A stretch of DNA of 64,000 bases from Cyanidioschyzon merolae (lineage: Eukaryota). The stretch is taken from assembly GCA_000091205.1 (NCBI GenBank), contig AP006494.2. The stretch is one strand, 5' to 3'. The notes beneath the pieces were generated by a model. That model saw nothing but the letters and a program-made list of their open reading frames with translations. It was not told the origin of the DNA and searched no databases. A program made the position numbers and the translations under genes. Positions 10,555-20,501 of this stretch are shown piece after piece (position 1 is the stretch's first letter; every line of letters starts with the position of its first letter).

Positions 10555-11709
10555 CTAAGCGCTTCGAACGGGCAATTTCCATGACGCGGCGATTTCATCG
10601 AGCGCAGGCTGAATTTCTTGATACTGAAACTTAAGACCGCTTTGCAACAGACGCTTTGGGAGCACGCGTTGGCCCTGGAGCACAAGTTCCGCCGCTTCGC
10701 CAAGAATCAGTTGAAGTGTGAAACTGGGTACCGGTAGCCAGTTCGGGCGTTTGAGCGCTCTTGCAAGTGAATCGCAAAACTTTTGAAACTGAACTGGGGT
10801 TGGCGCCGTGACGTTGTACACACCTTGAAAATCGGGTGATTCCAGCTCGTGCATGATAATGTTCACCAGATCTTGAATGTGTATCCACGATATCCACTGG
10901 CGTCCAGATCCAATCGTTCCACCTATGAACAAGTTAAAGAGCGGAAGCATTCGGCTCAAAGCCCCCCCATCCGGGCCGAGTACTATGCCAAATCGATTGA
11001 TGACTGTCCGGATTCCCGCATCTTGAGCAGCTGCTTCCCACTTCTTTGCGACTGATGCTAAAAAGTCCGTCCCTATCGAAGGCGAATCCTCGTCGAACGT
11101 TTCTACTTCAGATGTACCGTAGTAGCCAACAGCAGATGTGGAGATGAGAACCTTTGGTTTCCTATCAGCATGATGAACAGCTCGGACGAGCTGAAGGGTC
11201 CCGTTCACGCGGCTCTCCAGAATGCGCCTCTTGCGCTCTGCCGTCCACCTACCTTCTGAAATGGGTTCGCCAGCTAGATTAATTATAGCATCACTTCCAG
11301 CCACTGCCTCCACGACCTCCTTTGCCGGCGCATCGGCAGCAGTCGCTTCAAAGTATATTGCTTCCACCTTATAGTTAAAGGTTTTGCGGGCTTTCTCAGT
11401 ATCACGCGCCAAAAGCGTCACCGCCTTCCCCGAACCGAGAAGTTTGCGCACAAGCGCCCGGCCAACAAAGCCTGAGCCGCCACTCACAAGCACGGTTTTC
11501 GCCCTAGTATCGGATGCCTCAATGCGTAGACTATTTTTGAAAGCCCGTCGAGCACAGCGATTTGACGATTGAAGACAGTTTCTAGGCTCTTGTTTGCACC
11601 AGTCACCTACGAAGCTCGAGACACGAGGACATGCTCCAGCAAAAGCAGGCGCGTGCAAAAGCGGTCGCTGCTGATTTGGCAGAGCCAACAAGCAAAAGAA
11701 AGACAACAT
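10555..11709 (-). CDS. SDR39U1: Epimerase family protein SDR39U1 (NAD-dependent epimerase plus DUF1731, YfcH-like)
   Basis: N-terminal Rossmann motif TVLVSGGSGFVGRALVRKLL. Length (~384 aa) and C-terminal region typical of the TIGR01777 family. ATG start. Confidence 0.8.
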   Translation of the reverse strand: MLSFFCLLALPNQQRPLLHAPAFAGACPRVSSFVGDWCKQEPRNCLQSSNRCARRAFKNSLRIEASDTRAKTVLVSGGSGFVGRALVRKLLGSGKAVTLLARDTEKARKTFNYKVEAIYFEATAADAPAKEVVEAVAGSDAIINLAGEPISEGRWTAERKRRILESRVNGTLQLVRAVHHADRKPKVLISTSAVGYYGTSEVETFDEDSPSIGTDFLASVAKKWEAAAQDAGIRTVINRFGIVLGPDGGALSRMLPLFNLFIGGTIGSGRQWISWIHIQDLVNIIMHELESPDFQGVYNVTAPTPVQFQKFCDSLARALKRPNWLPVPSFTLQLILGEAAELVLQGQRVLPKRLLQSGLKFQYQEIQPALDEIAASWKLPVRSA

Positions 11710-11823
11710 TCTTTATCCAGTCCAACAAATCGGACGTGGCTATGCGCTCTGTTCACACACGAAAGATAAAGTGTACACCTGTGCAGGGTTAAGAAAAATT
11801 TGACGTTTGTTCACGCGCTTCAG

Positions 11824-13225
11824 GGAAGCTACTTCCATGTCAGATCAAAACAGAACACGGAATTCTTCGCTCTCCTCCTGTATTTCCGTTCTTTCCCCAG
11901 CTTTTTCTAGATGAACAGCCTTGACCTTCGAAGCACATCAATGCGGACTTACGCACTCTTTCCTTGGTTTACGATACTGGTCATCTTTTCGGAGCAGTCC
12001 CTTCCTGTCGCTAGAATCCGTTAATTCGTCGAAACCACGATGATTCGCGACGCCCTCAACCCCACGTCAGTAAAATAACCGATACCATTATGCAGTTCTT
12101 ATCCAAAGGCCTCCATTCCTCCGCTTTTCCTGCATCAAGCATATCCAAATCATGAGTTCCCCAAGCTTTCGGTCTGACTGTTTCAAGGCAGCTCGCGGGC
12201 ACAGGGACGCGCTCCGCTGCATTGACGATGATAAGTACTCGACCAGGTTCCTTGACGACTTGATCAGGAGCTCATGCCAAAAGTTCACAGATTGTGTCAT
12301 ATCCGATGATAATGTCCGTCAGAAAGACAAACCATGTTGCCTTGTGTCCATCGATGTCGCGGGATTCCACAACAGCCTGATACCTTTCATGGGATATGCT
12401 CCTGGAGGCTCCCGTCGCTTCGCTTTGCATCCAAAATGGTCTCGGACTCGGACTTTGCTCATCTCAATGATCGCTTCCAATGGGTACTATGCAACTCTAT
12501 TGCACGAAGGGAGCGCGGATGGAGAGAATATTCTGGACTCGATCTCCAGCGTCGATATTTCTTCTGGTCCTTGTTTCACACTAGACGACATCGCTCTCCA
12601 CAAATCCGCTATCGAATGGGACAATGTGCGCCTACGCGCCCGTTGGACAGCGTACTCGCCGAGTTTGTCGCCTAGAAGAAACCCGTCGTCGTGCGGTGCA
12701 GCACTGGTTGCAGATGTCGCGAAGAGCATCCAGGGAGGACTCTGTGCCCTTCGGGGGCATGTATCGAGCGCTGAATCAAGTGCTCACGCGCCACGCGGTG
12801 GCGCTTGGAGGATGAGTTGTGGTGAGGATAAGGTCTCATCTACGCATAGCCTTGTGTTGCCGTTACGAAGCGAGCACAGGGGCTGTATACAAAGAAGGTG
12901 AATATGGCAAATGAAGCATACATTGCAACATTTGCCAATGCACGAAATGCGTCGACAATATCCCCGTGCGGTGTAATCGGGACTTGCACTGCCATCAGCA
13001 TCCATCGACATCAGATCTGGGAGTTGATGAGGCACGAGAGACCGGTGTACTCATAGCCAGAGACAAGATAAGGGAAAGGTAGGCAGTCTCGGAACAAGCC
13101 GCCAACAGCAGGTATCGATGATTGTGCGAAGAAACCCCAACTCGGAAGCGGGCGCTGGAGGAAAATCGATGGACCCGTAAAAATCTTGTCTGACAGAGTG
13201 TGGTGCGTTAATCGAGAAGAGTGAA
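11824..13225 (+). mobile_element. IR1-R: ~1.40-kb copy of a degenerate DDE_3 (IS630/Tc1-like) element, inverted partner of 6936..8326
   Basis: See IR1-L. Inner end 11824 lies 115 bp upstream of the epimerase ATG (11709, minus). Outer end near 13225. Confidence 0.75.
12152..12901 (+). pseudogene. DDE_3 (IS630/Tc1-mariner-like) transposase relic, 249-aa ORF, catalytically degenerate
   Basis: LVSIDVAGFH (DExGF-like first Asp box, Glu replaced by Val). GYAPGGSRRFALHPKWSRTR (YGWapkGerp-like). CFTLDDIALHKSAIEW (vlDNasiHKs second Asp box). WTAYSPSLSPRRNP (LPPYSPDLNPIE box with the catalytic Glu lost). N-terminal HTH region absent or disrupted. Confidence 0.7.
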
Positions 13226-13299
13226 ATCCAAATTGCGCGCCAGTTTTCATGGCGCCCCTGCGCATGATTTCTGACACGCGTTCTGTATTTTCAATTCAG

Positions 13300-14700
13300 A
13301 GCTACAGATCCCCGATCTCCACGCACGCTCGGTCTTGGCTCTCTTCCAATGGTTTGTAGGCGCAAATGTTCGGCGACATCGACGTCCGCCGTTTGTGGGC
13401 TCTTGGGTGCTTACTTCGCAGACAGATTTGGTTCTCCGTTACATGCTAATTATTGTTAGCACAACGAAAAACGATCTACCACATTAGGGTGCATGAGAAC
13501 GCACATGTCCAGACGCCTCCCAACCATTTTTGACAGGGTGCTTGCTATCAGTTCCAGCTGCTCCTTGTACACCTCTGGAATGGTAGGCTGACCCGCAAAG
13601 TCGGATCTTGTCAGCTCTTCAGGTCTCGTCCTCATAACCAAACATCGTCTGAAATTGTTGGCGGCGATGATGGCCCGGTTCAGGAACTCCAAGCGTTTAT
13701 TGCCACTGGTGGAACGGACTTGTGCAAGGAGTCCTCGAACTCGCGCCCTCTGTGCCATTCGCTGCTCTTTCAGCTCGCCGTGCTTTCCTATCGTCCAAGT
13801 GCTCCGCTGGCTTCTCTCGATCTCGAACTCGTGAAGTGTATAACCCATTGCATTCCTTATTTTCGAAAATGAACGCACTCGTTTATGCCGTTGGGTAGGG
13901 ACCTTCTCGGATGGATAAGGACTTATGGAAGAAAGACAAATACGCCCCGGTATCACCGTGATGAACGCGTCAGCGATTCACCCAGTAGAGCGATCGTAAA
14001 GATTAAGATAGGAGACACTGCTCGAGGAGATGAAGCATAGAGCGTACGGAGGAATGCAAAGCAGGCCAAGACCTATAGAACTGGCAAGAGCTCGAACGTA
14101 AAGGATATGGTGTAACATCACAGTTTCCAATAGAGGGAAGTCCCAAGATGTCAGGGAAGAGTCATCTATGATTCGACGAATTGGGTGCTGCTGTATGGGC
14201 CTTGTCTACGAGCGAGACTGACGCCGCAAAATATACCCACTGCAGCTAGAATAGATAATGACTTCGTTCTCATCGAGTTCGATCGTACATACAACGGGCC
14301 TGCTCCCAGAATACCCATCTGCGCTCCGACCGTTTCTCCCGAAGAGAGTCTCATGGGCTGGAAAAAGAAACCGAAATCCATGCGCATTATACGAATAGGG
14401 ACGTTCGCGGAATTCAGTAGTTGGCATATCTGTGGAGATCACCGTCATTGAAATTGGACTTTTTATGCGACTGTGTCCGAATGTTCTCAGGACCACACGA
14501 AAAGGCCTTTTGAGAAACAGAGGTGTTTGCGTTGGATACGGTCTTCGCTTTTGCCTTCTCTAAGGTGATCAACGAGCCGTTTTCTACAGTTGACCCCCAG
14601 CACGATTTGAGCACGTCGTTTTCTGGCGCAGAGCGTGTATACTTCTTTCTTACAGTGTTTGACAATCACTCGAGTCCTGCAGTGTGACTGCCCTGAAGGA
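13300..14700 (-). mobile_element. TnpB/Fanzor-like (RuvC-type OMEGA nuclease) element relic, copy A, pseudogenised
   Basis: ORF 13456..13956(-) contains RVRGLL..STSGNKRLEFLNRAIIAANNFRRCLVMRTRPEELTR, a DRDxNAAxNI-like RuvC-III motif after a degenerate zinc-ribbon region. Upstream frames (14414..14665(-), 14185..14451) parallel copies C and B. Shared nucleotide blocks ctatgattcgacgaattgggtgctgctgta (14166) and ..tacttctttcttacagtgtttgacaatcactcgagtcctg.. (14600s). Confidence 0.5.
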
Positions 14701-15094
14701 TGAATGTAGTCCTCCTTGCACTTCTCAGTAAAGAGTATATCCTATGGGCAACTCGTCAACGATCTATGCTGTACACTGCATCATGATTTCGATCATCTGC
14801 TTTACACTGGGAAAAAGCATAGATTACGCATAGCGGGGGTGAAATATATTTGATTTGAAAGACTAATAAGATCGTTGTCTGGTGCCGATTGCAATTAAAT
14901 TTGAGTAATATTTCCACCCAACACTGGGTTCGCGTGAAGGTTGCGAGAAGGGCTACAAGAGTTAAGCTCTTTCGAACTGGAGATATTCACCGTGGATCTT
15001 TCAGGTCCAAAAGGATATAAAAGAGCGCTTGAAGACATCTCTTCGTGCTTGCTATATTTGAAAGAGTCAAATATGAGAACTAGTATTTAGTTTA

Positions 15095-16822
15095 CATTCA
15101 GAGTACTAAATTCTTGAACAAGTCTACCGGCAGGTTATTTTTGTGTTTGGTTGTTTTTCCCACAGGTATTGAACAATAAGGTTGTCCGTTGGTGAGAGAA
15201 TGGCGGTGGATAGAGTTCATGCCATCGCCGCTAGCATACCGACACGGATCTTACTTGTACAAGTCAGTCATTTTACATTCAGCAGGTGCACCAGCGACCC
15301 TTGTGGCAGTGCTTGTTCTGAACATTGCGTACCCAAAATACAACGTACTACAATGTATATATTCGACAATCTTCTGATTCGCTCATTGTATCACATAGAT
15401 CCTCTGAGAAATACCATCTGCGAAGCCACATGATGTGGGGCTTTCACATCTTTCATACTAGCGGTGATAAACAGACACCGATGAACAGAAAAGTGCGCTG
15501 CGATGCACGACGATTGCGTGTTGCCAGCAGATTGTCGAATTCGCAGCGCAAGGCGAAGGCCCGCTGCAGGACTGACTGGCGTTCGTGTCAGTCGGTGATG
15601 CTCCATTTTGCAGAAACGATCAACTCGTATATATGTCCTCACATAGGGGCGACACGAAGTTCTTAAAGAGGCGACAAGCGACATTGAAGGCGGCATGAGC
15701 CCTAGCGGTGATTTCTTCTGGTGATCTCTTACAAATCGCCGAACGAAAGGACATTCCAATACCTCATCCTCCGGCGAGGCACCTCCTGGATTCCTTCACC
15801 CACATTCCTTGGTAATGCCCTTAGACAGTATTGCTTTCCCTCGCTAAACAGCGCTCAGGCAGTATGCAGCTGTATCTGTCGTTGAGCTGCCCTACTTTTC
15901 CAGAGATCGGCAGTGTCGGGAGTCGGGCCCCAGAGACGCCAAGAGGCGTACCGACCAATGAAATGACAGCGTCCGGACCCGTCACGACGCTCTGAGACTC
16001 GTGTCGAACGGAGTGGATGCTGTGTGAGATCCATTCATAGACACGTGCGCGTCCACGTGGCTCGTGGGGACGCTCCCTCGCAGATGCACTTGAGACGTCG
16101 CTGTGGTCATCAACAGCTTGGCTCTCCGGAGGCAGGAAGCGTGCATTCTCCAGCATATTCAATGAGTTAGCAACGTATCGGACCGATAACTCGCAACGCG
16201 TGGAGGTAGCGAATGGCGCTGGACGTGCACTCGCGAGCAACGGCTGCACTCATGCTCGGTCGGCGAGAGCGTGCAACCACAGCAGGAATCGATTCTTCAC
16301 GGCTCCCGTGGATGCGTTCAGAGCGACAAACACGCGTGACCAGCGCGAGTGCGCACAGTGACCGGTAGAGAAGAAGAGTGTGAAACAGAGCTGCATGCAC
16401 GTGGTGGTGTACGGTGAGCTGATTGAGCGCCGGATGGCGAGAGAATCGAGCGAGACGTGCTTGCTGTGATGCGCTTCAACAATCCAAAATGCGCTCAGGC
16501 ACGTCCTGCACCGAGACTCGAACGCCCAATCGGTATCTGGAAATGTTTCGTGCGTTCGGAGCGTCCAGCGGTTTGTGTCATACGTACATTCGAGGCAACT
16601 GTTTCATACTGAGTGTGGGGATTGTGCTGGAATGCTGGAGACTTGCGCTGAGAAAATCAGAGGCTGGCAGCAATAGGAGCGGATTCCGGCATGTAGCAGG
16701 GCAATAGTATGGTACGGTTAGGAATCCAGACAGGATGTGGCACAGCGTATATAGAGAGGAACCTGTTTCCCATGGTAGTTGGTAGACGATGCTAGTGTTT
16801 CTCTCTTTAAGATGCTATTGAT
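15095..16822. repeat. IR2-L: 1.73-kb arm of a near-perfect inverted repeat (partner 23683..25410)
   Basis: Reverse-complement identity; coordinates sum to 40505 with no indels over all checked stretches. Four ORF-track ORFs are identical on opposite strands and a fifth differs by one residue (AAGL/AGGL). Boundaries are where similarity decays (15095/25410 outer, 16822/23683 inner). Confidence 0.85.
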
Positions 16823-17463
16823 TATAGAACAGTTTACAAAGCTTGGGTTCTGAAATTCTCACGTTGATTTGTTCATTAATTGTCTTGTCGACTCCAACGA
16901 GCTCTTCGAGTGCTGTGCTAAATGAATCGATACTTCTTCAAGACGAAACATAGCATAGTGCTTTCAAGATGCGAGGTCTAGTACACTATTCATGTACTTC
17001 TGCATACAATGGAACTCCAAGACCGTGGGCACTTTTGGAGGTATCTGATTTCATTTTCGAAGTACCCCTGGCGGCGAGGGTTGGTGTGATCCGATTCAAT
17101 ACCCGTTCTAAAACGTCATTCAGGAGAAAGTCTCGCGAGAGTATTTCAGGTGTTTGATCGGCTAGTTGCTCATGGGTGTTATTGGGTATGCAGCTGTCCC
17201 AGTGAAATCGTCTGTGAGCTCTCGAAACAACTAAAGAAGCGGAGTACTTCGTAGAGTCCCATGACGAAAAGCATGCCTTGTCAAGCTGTGTCCGATGCTT
17301 CCCTTCTTCTTTGCTCGGTAACCGGTGCTTTATACACAAGAAGTTCATGTTTTCTAATTCAGTCAACGATGCCCATTAAAAACCAGGGAAGCATACTGAA
17401 AACTAGCGCATTCTAGCATGGATAAACAATTATTGTTTGGAGCGAAACGACTTGAGAAAAAGT

Positions 17464-18636
17464 CTACCCCCTTCGATACCGATTGCCTTCCCCGCGGCGA
17501 TGGTCGTCTTTGAAAAGATCCCATTTCCGCTTTGCAGCTATAATCTGGTCCTCAAGCTGCGTATCCCGGGCGCCATGTGTATCATTCAAATCCGTCTCCA
17601 GTGGCTTCTTTTGCGGCTCAGGTTGCGAATTATGCTCATCACGATGTATGTGAGCAAGGCAGCAGTCACCGAAAGGAAGCTTTGTAGGTGGCTCCTCTGA
17701 AGTAATCGTGCGCCCCTGCAGAAATCGTCGAAACGCATGCGCGTTCTCAAAGTACCTCGTTCGCGAGCAATGGTTGTCTATATATACAATTTTCGGCTTT
17801 CTTCGACCTAGCGTCTCCGCATCACAAGCATGCTTTTCGTCTGCCCTTACCTCTTTGACGGATTGCTCGTACTGAGAAGCCAGGGCCTCGAGAGCTGACA
17901 TCTCGCGACCGAGTTCATACCCGCGGATAAAAGCCCACTCAGCTGCAACCGCTATAAAGCGCAGAACAAGGTTTCGCTGTTCCTCTTCAGTATCCGAATG
18001 CACGTCCGTAGGCAGTAAAGGGAACGGAAGCGCTTCAAAAGCTGTTTTTTCGTGCATGCTACCTTTCATACATATCCGTTTCGAAAAATTGCGAACAAGA
18101 TCGCACAGTCTCCGCAGATTCCTCGTGAAGTTGATTTTTGCTTCCCGCACGCCCATTGGCAATTCCGCCCCGAGTTCTTCTGAAGTTAAATTACGGATTG
18201 ACTCCAGAAATGGGCTATCCAGACCAAACGGCCCTAGCCACAGGCAGCCCTGCACCAGCTTCAGGTATTGCTGGTACAGCTGCCGAACTTCGGCGCAGGC
18301 GCCTCTTCTCTCTGCATAAGTGTTTCGTTCTGAAAGCTCACCGAAACCTTTTCTTTCAAGCAACTTATCCGCAAGAATTGCGATGTAAAAGGGAAAAAGA
18401 ATAAAACTCTGTAGTCTCCAAGTCGGAACATCCTCCAAAGCGGAGTATTCACCATGACAACCAAGTTGAGTCCGAGCTACTCGGAGCGTTTCGAGTGCGG
18501 AACTCAGCTCGGAATCATTCACAAAAACCTCTCTCGCCGAAAAAGCTGCGTCGTCTAACGCTAGCCTTATTGCCAGGTAAACACTTTCGATAAGCTTATG
18601 ACCGTTTGCGTTTGAGGCTCGTTCCTCTGTGTTCAT
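17464..18636 (-). CDS. Hypothetical protein (390 aa) with a Cys/His-rich C-terminal region
   Basis: Long ATG-initiated ORF, divergent (74-bp spacer) from DegP. C-terminal KIVYIDNHCSRTRYFENAHAFRRF..CCLAHIHRDEH suggests a possible metal-binding region. No family assignable. Confidence 0.45.
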   Translation of the reverse strand: MNTEERASNANGHKLIESVYLAIRLALDDAAFSAREVFVNDSELSSALETLRVARTQLGCHGEYSALEDVPTWRLQSFILFPFYIAILADKLLERKGFGELSERNTYAERRGACAEVRQLYQQYLKLVQGCLWLGPFGLDSPFLESIRNLTSEELGAELPMGVREAKINFTRNLRRLCDLVRNFSKRICMKGSMHEKTAFEALPFPLLPTDVHSDTEEEQRNLVLRFIAVAAEWAFIRGYELGREMSALEALASQYEQSVKEVRADEKHACDAETLGRRKPKIVYIDNHCSRTRYFENAHAFRRFLQGRTITSEEPPTKLPFGDCCLAHIHRDEHNSQPEPQKKPLETDLNDTHGARDTQLEDQIIAAKRKWDLFKDDHRRGEGNRYRRG

Positions 18637-18757
18637 TGTGGAAGGTTTTTACCACACCGATAACGAGCATGCTTAAAAGAATCTTCAGGTTGCGCAGCAG
18701 CGTCGCTCTGTGGCATCGCGAGCGCTCAGTGTAGTGGTATTGGTGTTCCCCGGAGGG

Positions 18758-20290
18758 ATGCGTTCCCGAAACGCTACTCCACCTTGTTTCGTGCAGAAAC
18801 TGTTTCGGTTTTCGCGTAAGTGCACTTCTTTTCAGCAATGCGCTAGTGTTCAAATTGTGAAACGGGAGGCGCCTGGTTCAAGAGTGGTGGTGGCGCTTGC
18901 GTTCAACTACCACAACTGCCAAGCTGCACCACACGTTGGTAGCGAATTCCGGCAGGGCGAGGTTGCTCAAAGGATCGTTAAGTACAGGACTTCAGACGGT
19001 GGGGAACGGGCGGTCTCTGTTAGAATATTTGGGAAAGCGAAAGAGAATAAACAACAACACGTGGAGCCGCCGTCGCAGCAACCACTGCAAAAGCTGCCCA
19101 CGCAGCAGCAGGAACAGAAACCTGAGGCCACCGCCAGTGACTTTACAGCTCAGAACCGACGTCTCAGCAGCTCTTTCGTTACCAAGGCTGTCAAACTCGT
19201 AGGTCCCGCAGTGGTTCGAATAGATACGGAACGGGTCGTGCAGCTACCTGCAGATCCAGTGCTGGAAGATCCGCTTTTCCGATACTTCTTTGGCGATGAG
19301 TTTCAGCGACAGTTGCCGAAGGAGCGCACGGAGCGAGGCCAGGGGTCTGGGTTCTTCATTTCCTCCGATGGTCTGCTTCTAACGAATGCCCATGTTGTTG
19401 CAAAAGCATCGAAGGTAACCGTCACCTTAATCGACGGGCGCTCGTATCCAGGAAAAGTCGTGGGCACCGATGATCTACTCGACTTGGCTGTCATCCGGAT
19501 CGATACACATTCGGAGAAGGTCCCAACTGCTCCCTTGGGCTCATCCGGAGAGCTCCAGGTGGGAGACTGGGTCATTGCACTGGGCAATCCAGTCGGTCTT
19601 GACAATACAGTCACGTTGGGCATCGTGAGTAGCCTTAATAGGTCGAGCGCGGAAGTTGGCATTCCGGATAAGAAAATCAACTTTATTCAGACTGACGCTG
19701 CAATAAACCCTGGTAACAGTGGTGGTCCGCTCGTCAATGAATTCGGTGAAGTCGTCGGGATCAGCACAGCGATTAGGCCAAACGCGGAGGGCATCGGTTT
19801 CGCGATACCAATTGACACAGCGAAAGCTGTCCTCGACATGCTCGCGAAGGGCGAAAAAGTTCAACACCCATTCATTGGGATTCAGATGGTAACGCTCACG
19901 CCGGAACTTGCCAAACAGAACAACCAAGACCCTAATGCGCTCGCTCTTATTCCGGAGGTTTCGGGTGTACTTGTCCTGAAAGTCTTGCCCAAAACCCCCG
20001 CTGCAGAATCGGGACTTCGCCGATTCGATGTCATTCTCGCGGTGAACGGCAATGCGATATCAAATGCGAGAGATATTCAAAAAATCGTCGACAGCTCGAG
20101 GGTCGGTCAGGAGTTGAAAATACGGGTCCTTCGCGGCGTCGATGGAAAGACGATCGATATCAGTATCCGGACGGCAGACATGACGCAGTTTAGGTTAGAA
20201 GAAGAGAAGAAACTGTCACCGGAGGAGGGGCAGGAGGCACCTCCCGGCATAGTGCCCATGCCCCGCCATCGAAGATTCTCAATTCCCTAA
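18758..20290 (+). CDS. DEG: DegP/HtrA-family trypsin-like serine protease with one PDZ domain and a long N-terminal presequence
   Basis: GSGFFISSDGLLLTNAHVV (His box), DLAVIRID (Asp), GNSGGPLVN (Ser box), followed by a PDZ-like region. The track ORF starts at a GTG (18710); first ATG is 18758. About 130 aa precede the protease core. Confidence 0.85.
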   Translation: MRSRNATPPCFVQKLFRFSRKCTSFQQCASVQIVKREAPGSRVVVALAFNYHNCQAAPHVGSEFRQGEVAQRIVKYRTSDGGERAVSVRIFGKAKENKQQHVEPPSQQPLQKLPTQQQEQKPEATASDFTAQNRRLSSSFVTKAVKLVGPAVVRIDTERVVQLPADPVLEDPLFRYFFGDEFQRQLPKERTERGQGSGFFISSDGLLLTNAHVVAKASKVTVTLIDGRSYPGKVVGTDDLLDLAVIRIDTHSEKVPTAPLGSSGELQVGDWVIALGNPVGLDNTVTLGIVSSLNRSSAEVGIPDKKINFIQTDAAINPGNSGGPLVNEFGEVVGISTAIRPNAEGIGFAIPIDTAKAVLDMLAKGEKVQHPFIGIQMVTLTPELAKQNNQDPNALALIPEVSGVLVLKVLPKTPAAESGLRRFDVILAVNGNAISNARDIQKIVDSSRVGQELKIRVLRGVDGKTIDISIRTADMTQFRLEEEKKLSPEEGQEAPPGIVPMPRHRRFSIP

Positions 20291-20501
20291 AGCAAAAGCG
20301 TCATAGGTGTTTTGCCAATCACGGCTTTCACTAATACGTGCAGATGAAACTGATTGGATATCGCGCCTCGGCACTTAGGCTCCCGTATATTACTTCGCTC
20401 GTGTGAGAGCGTTTGGAGGAGCCTCAACAATGTTCATCCTTGCGGATCGTAAAATTTTCTACACCATTCTCTCGTGCAAAACGTTCGGATCCACTTCGCG
20501 T

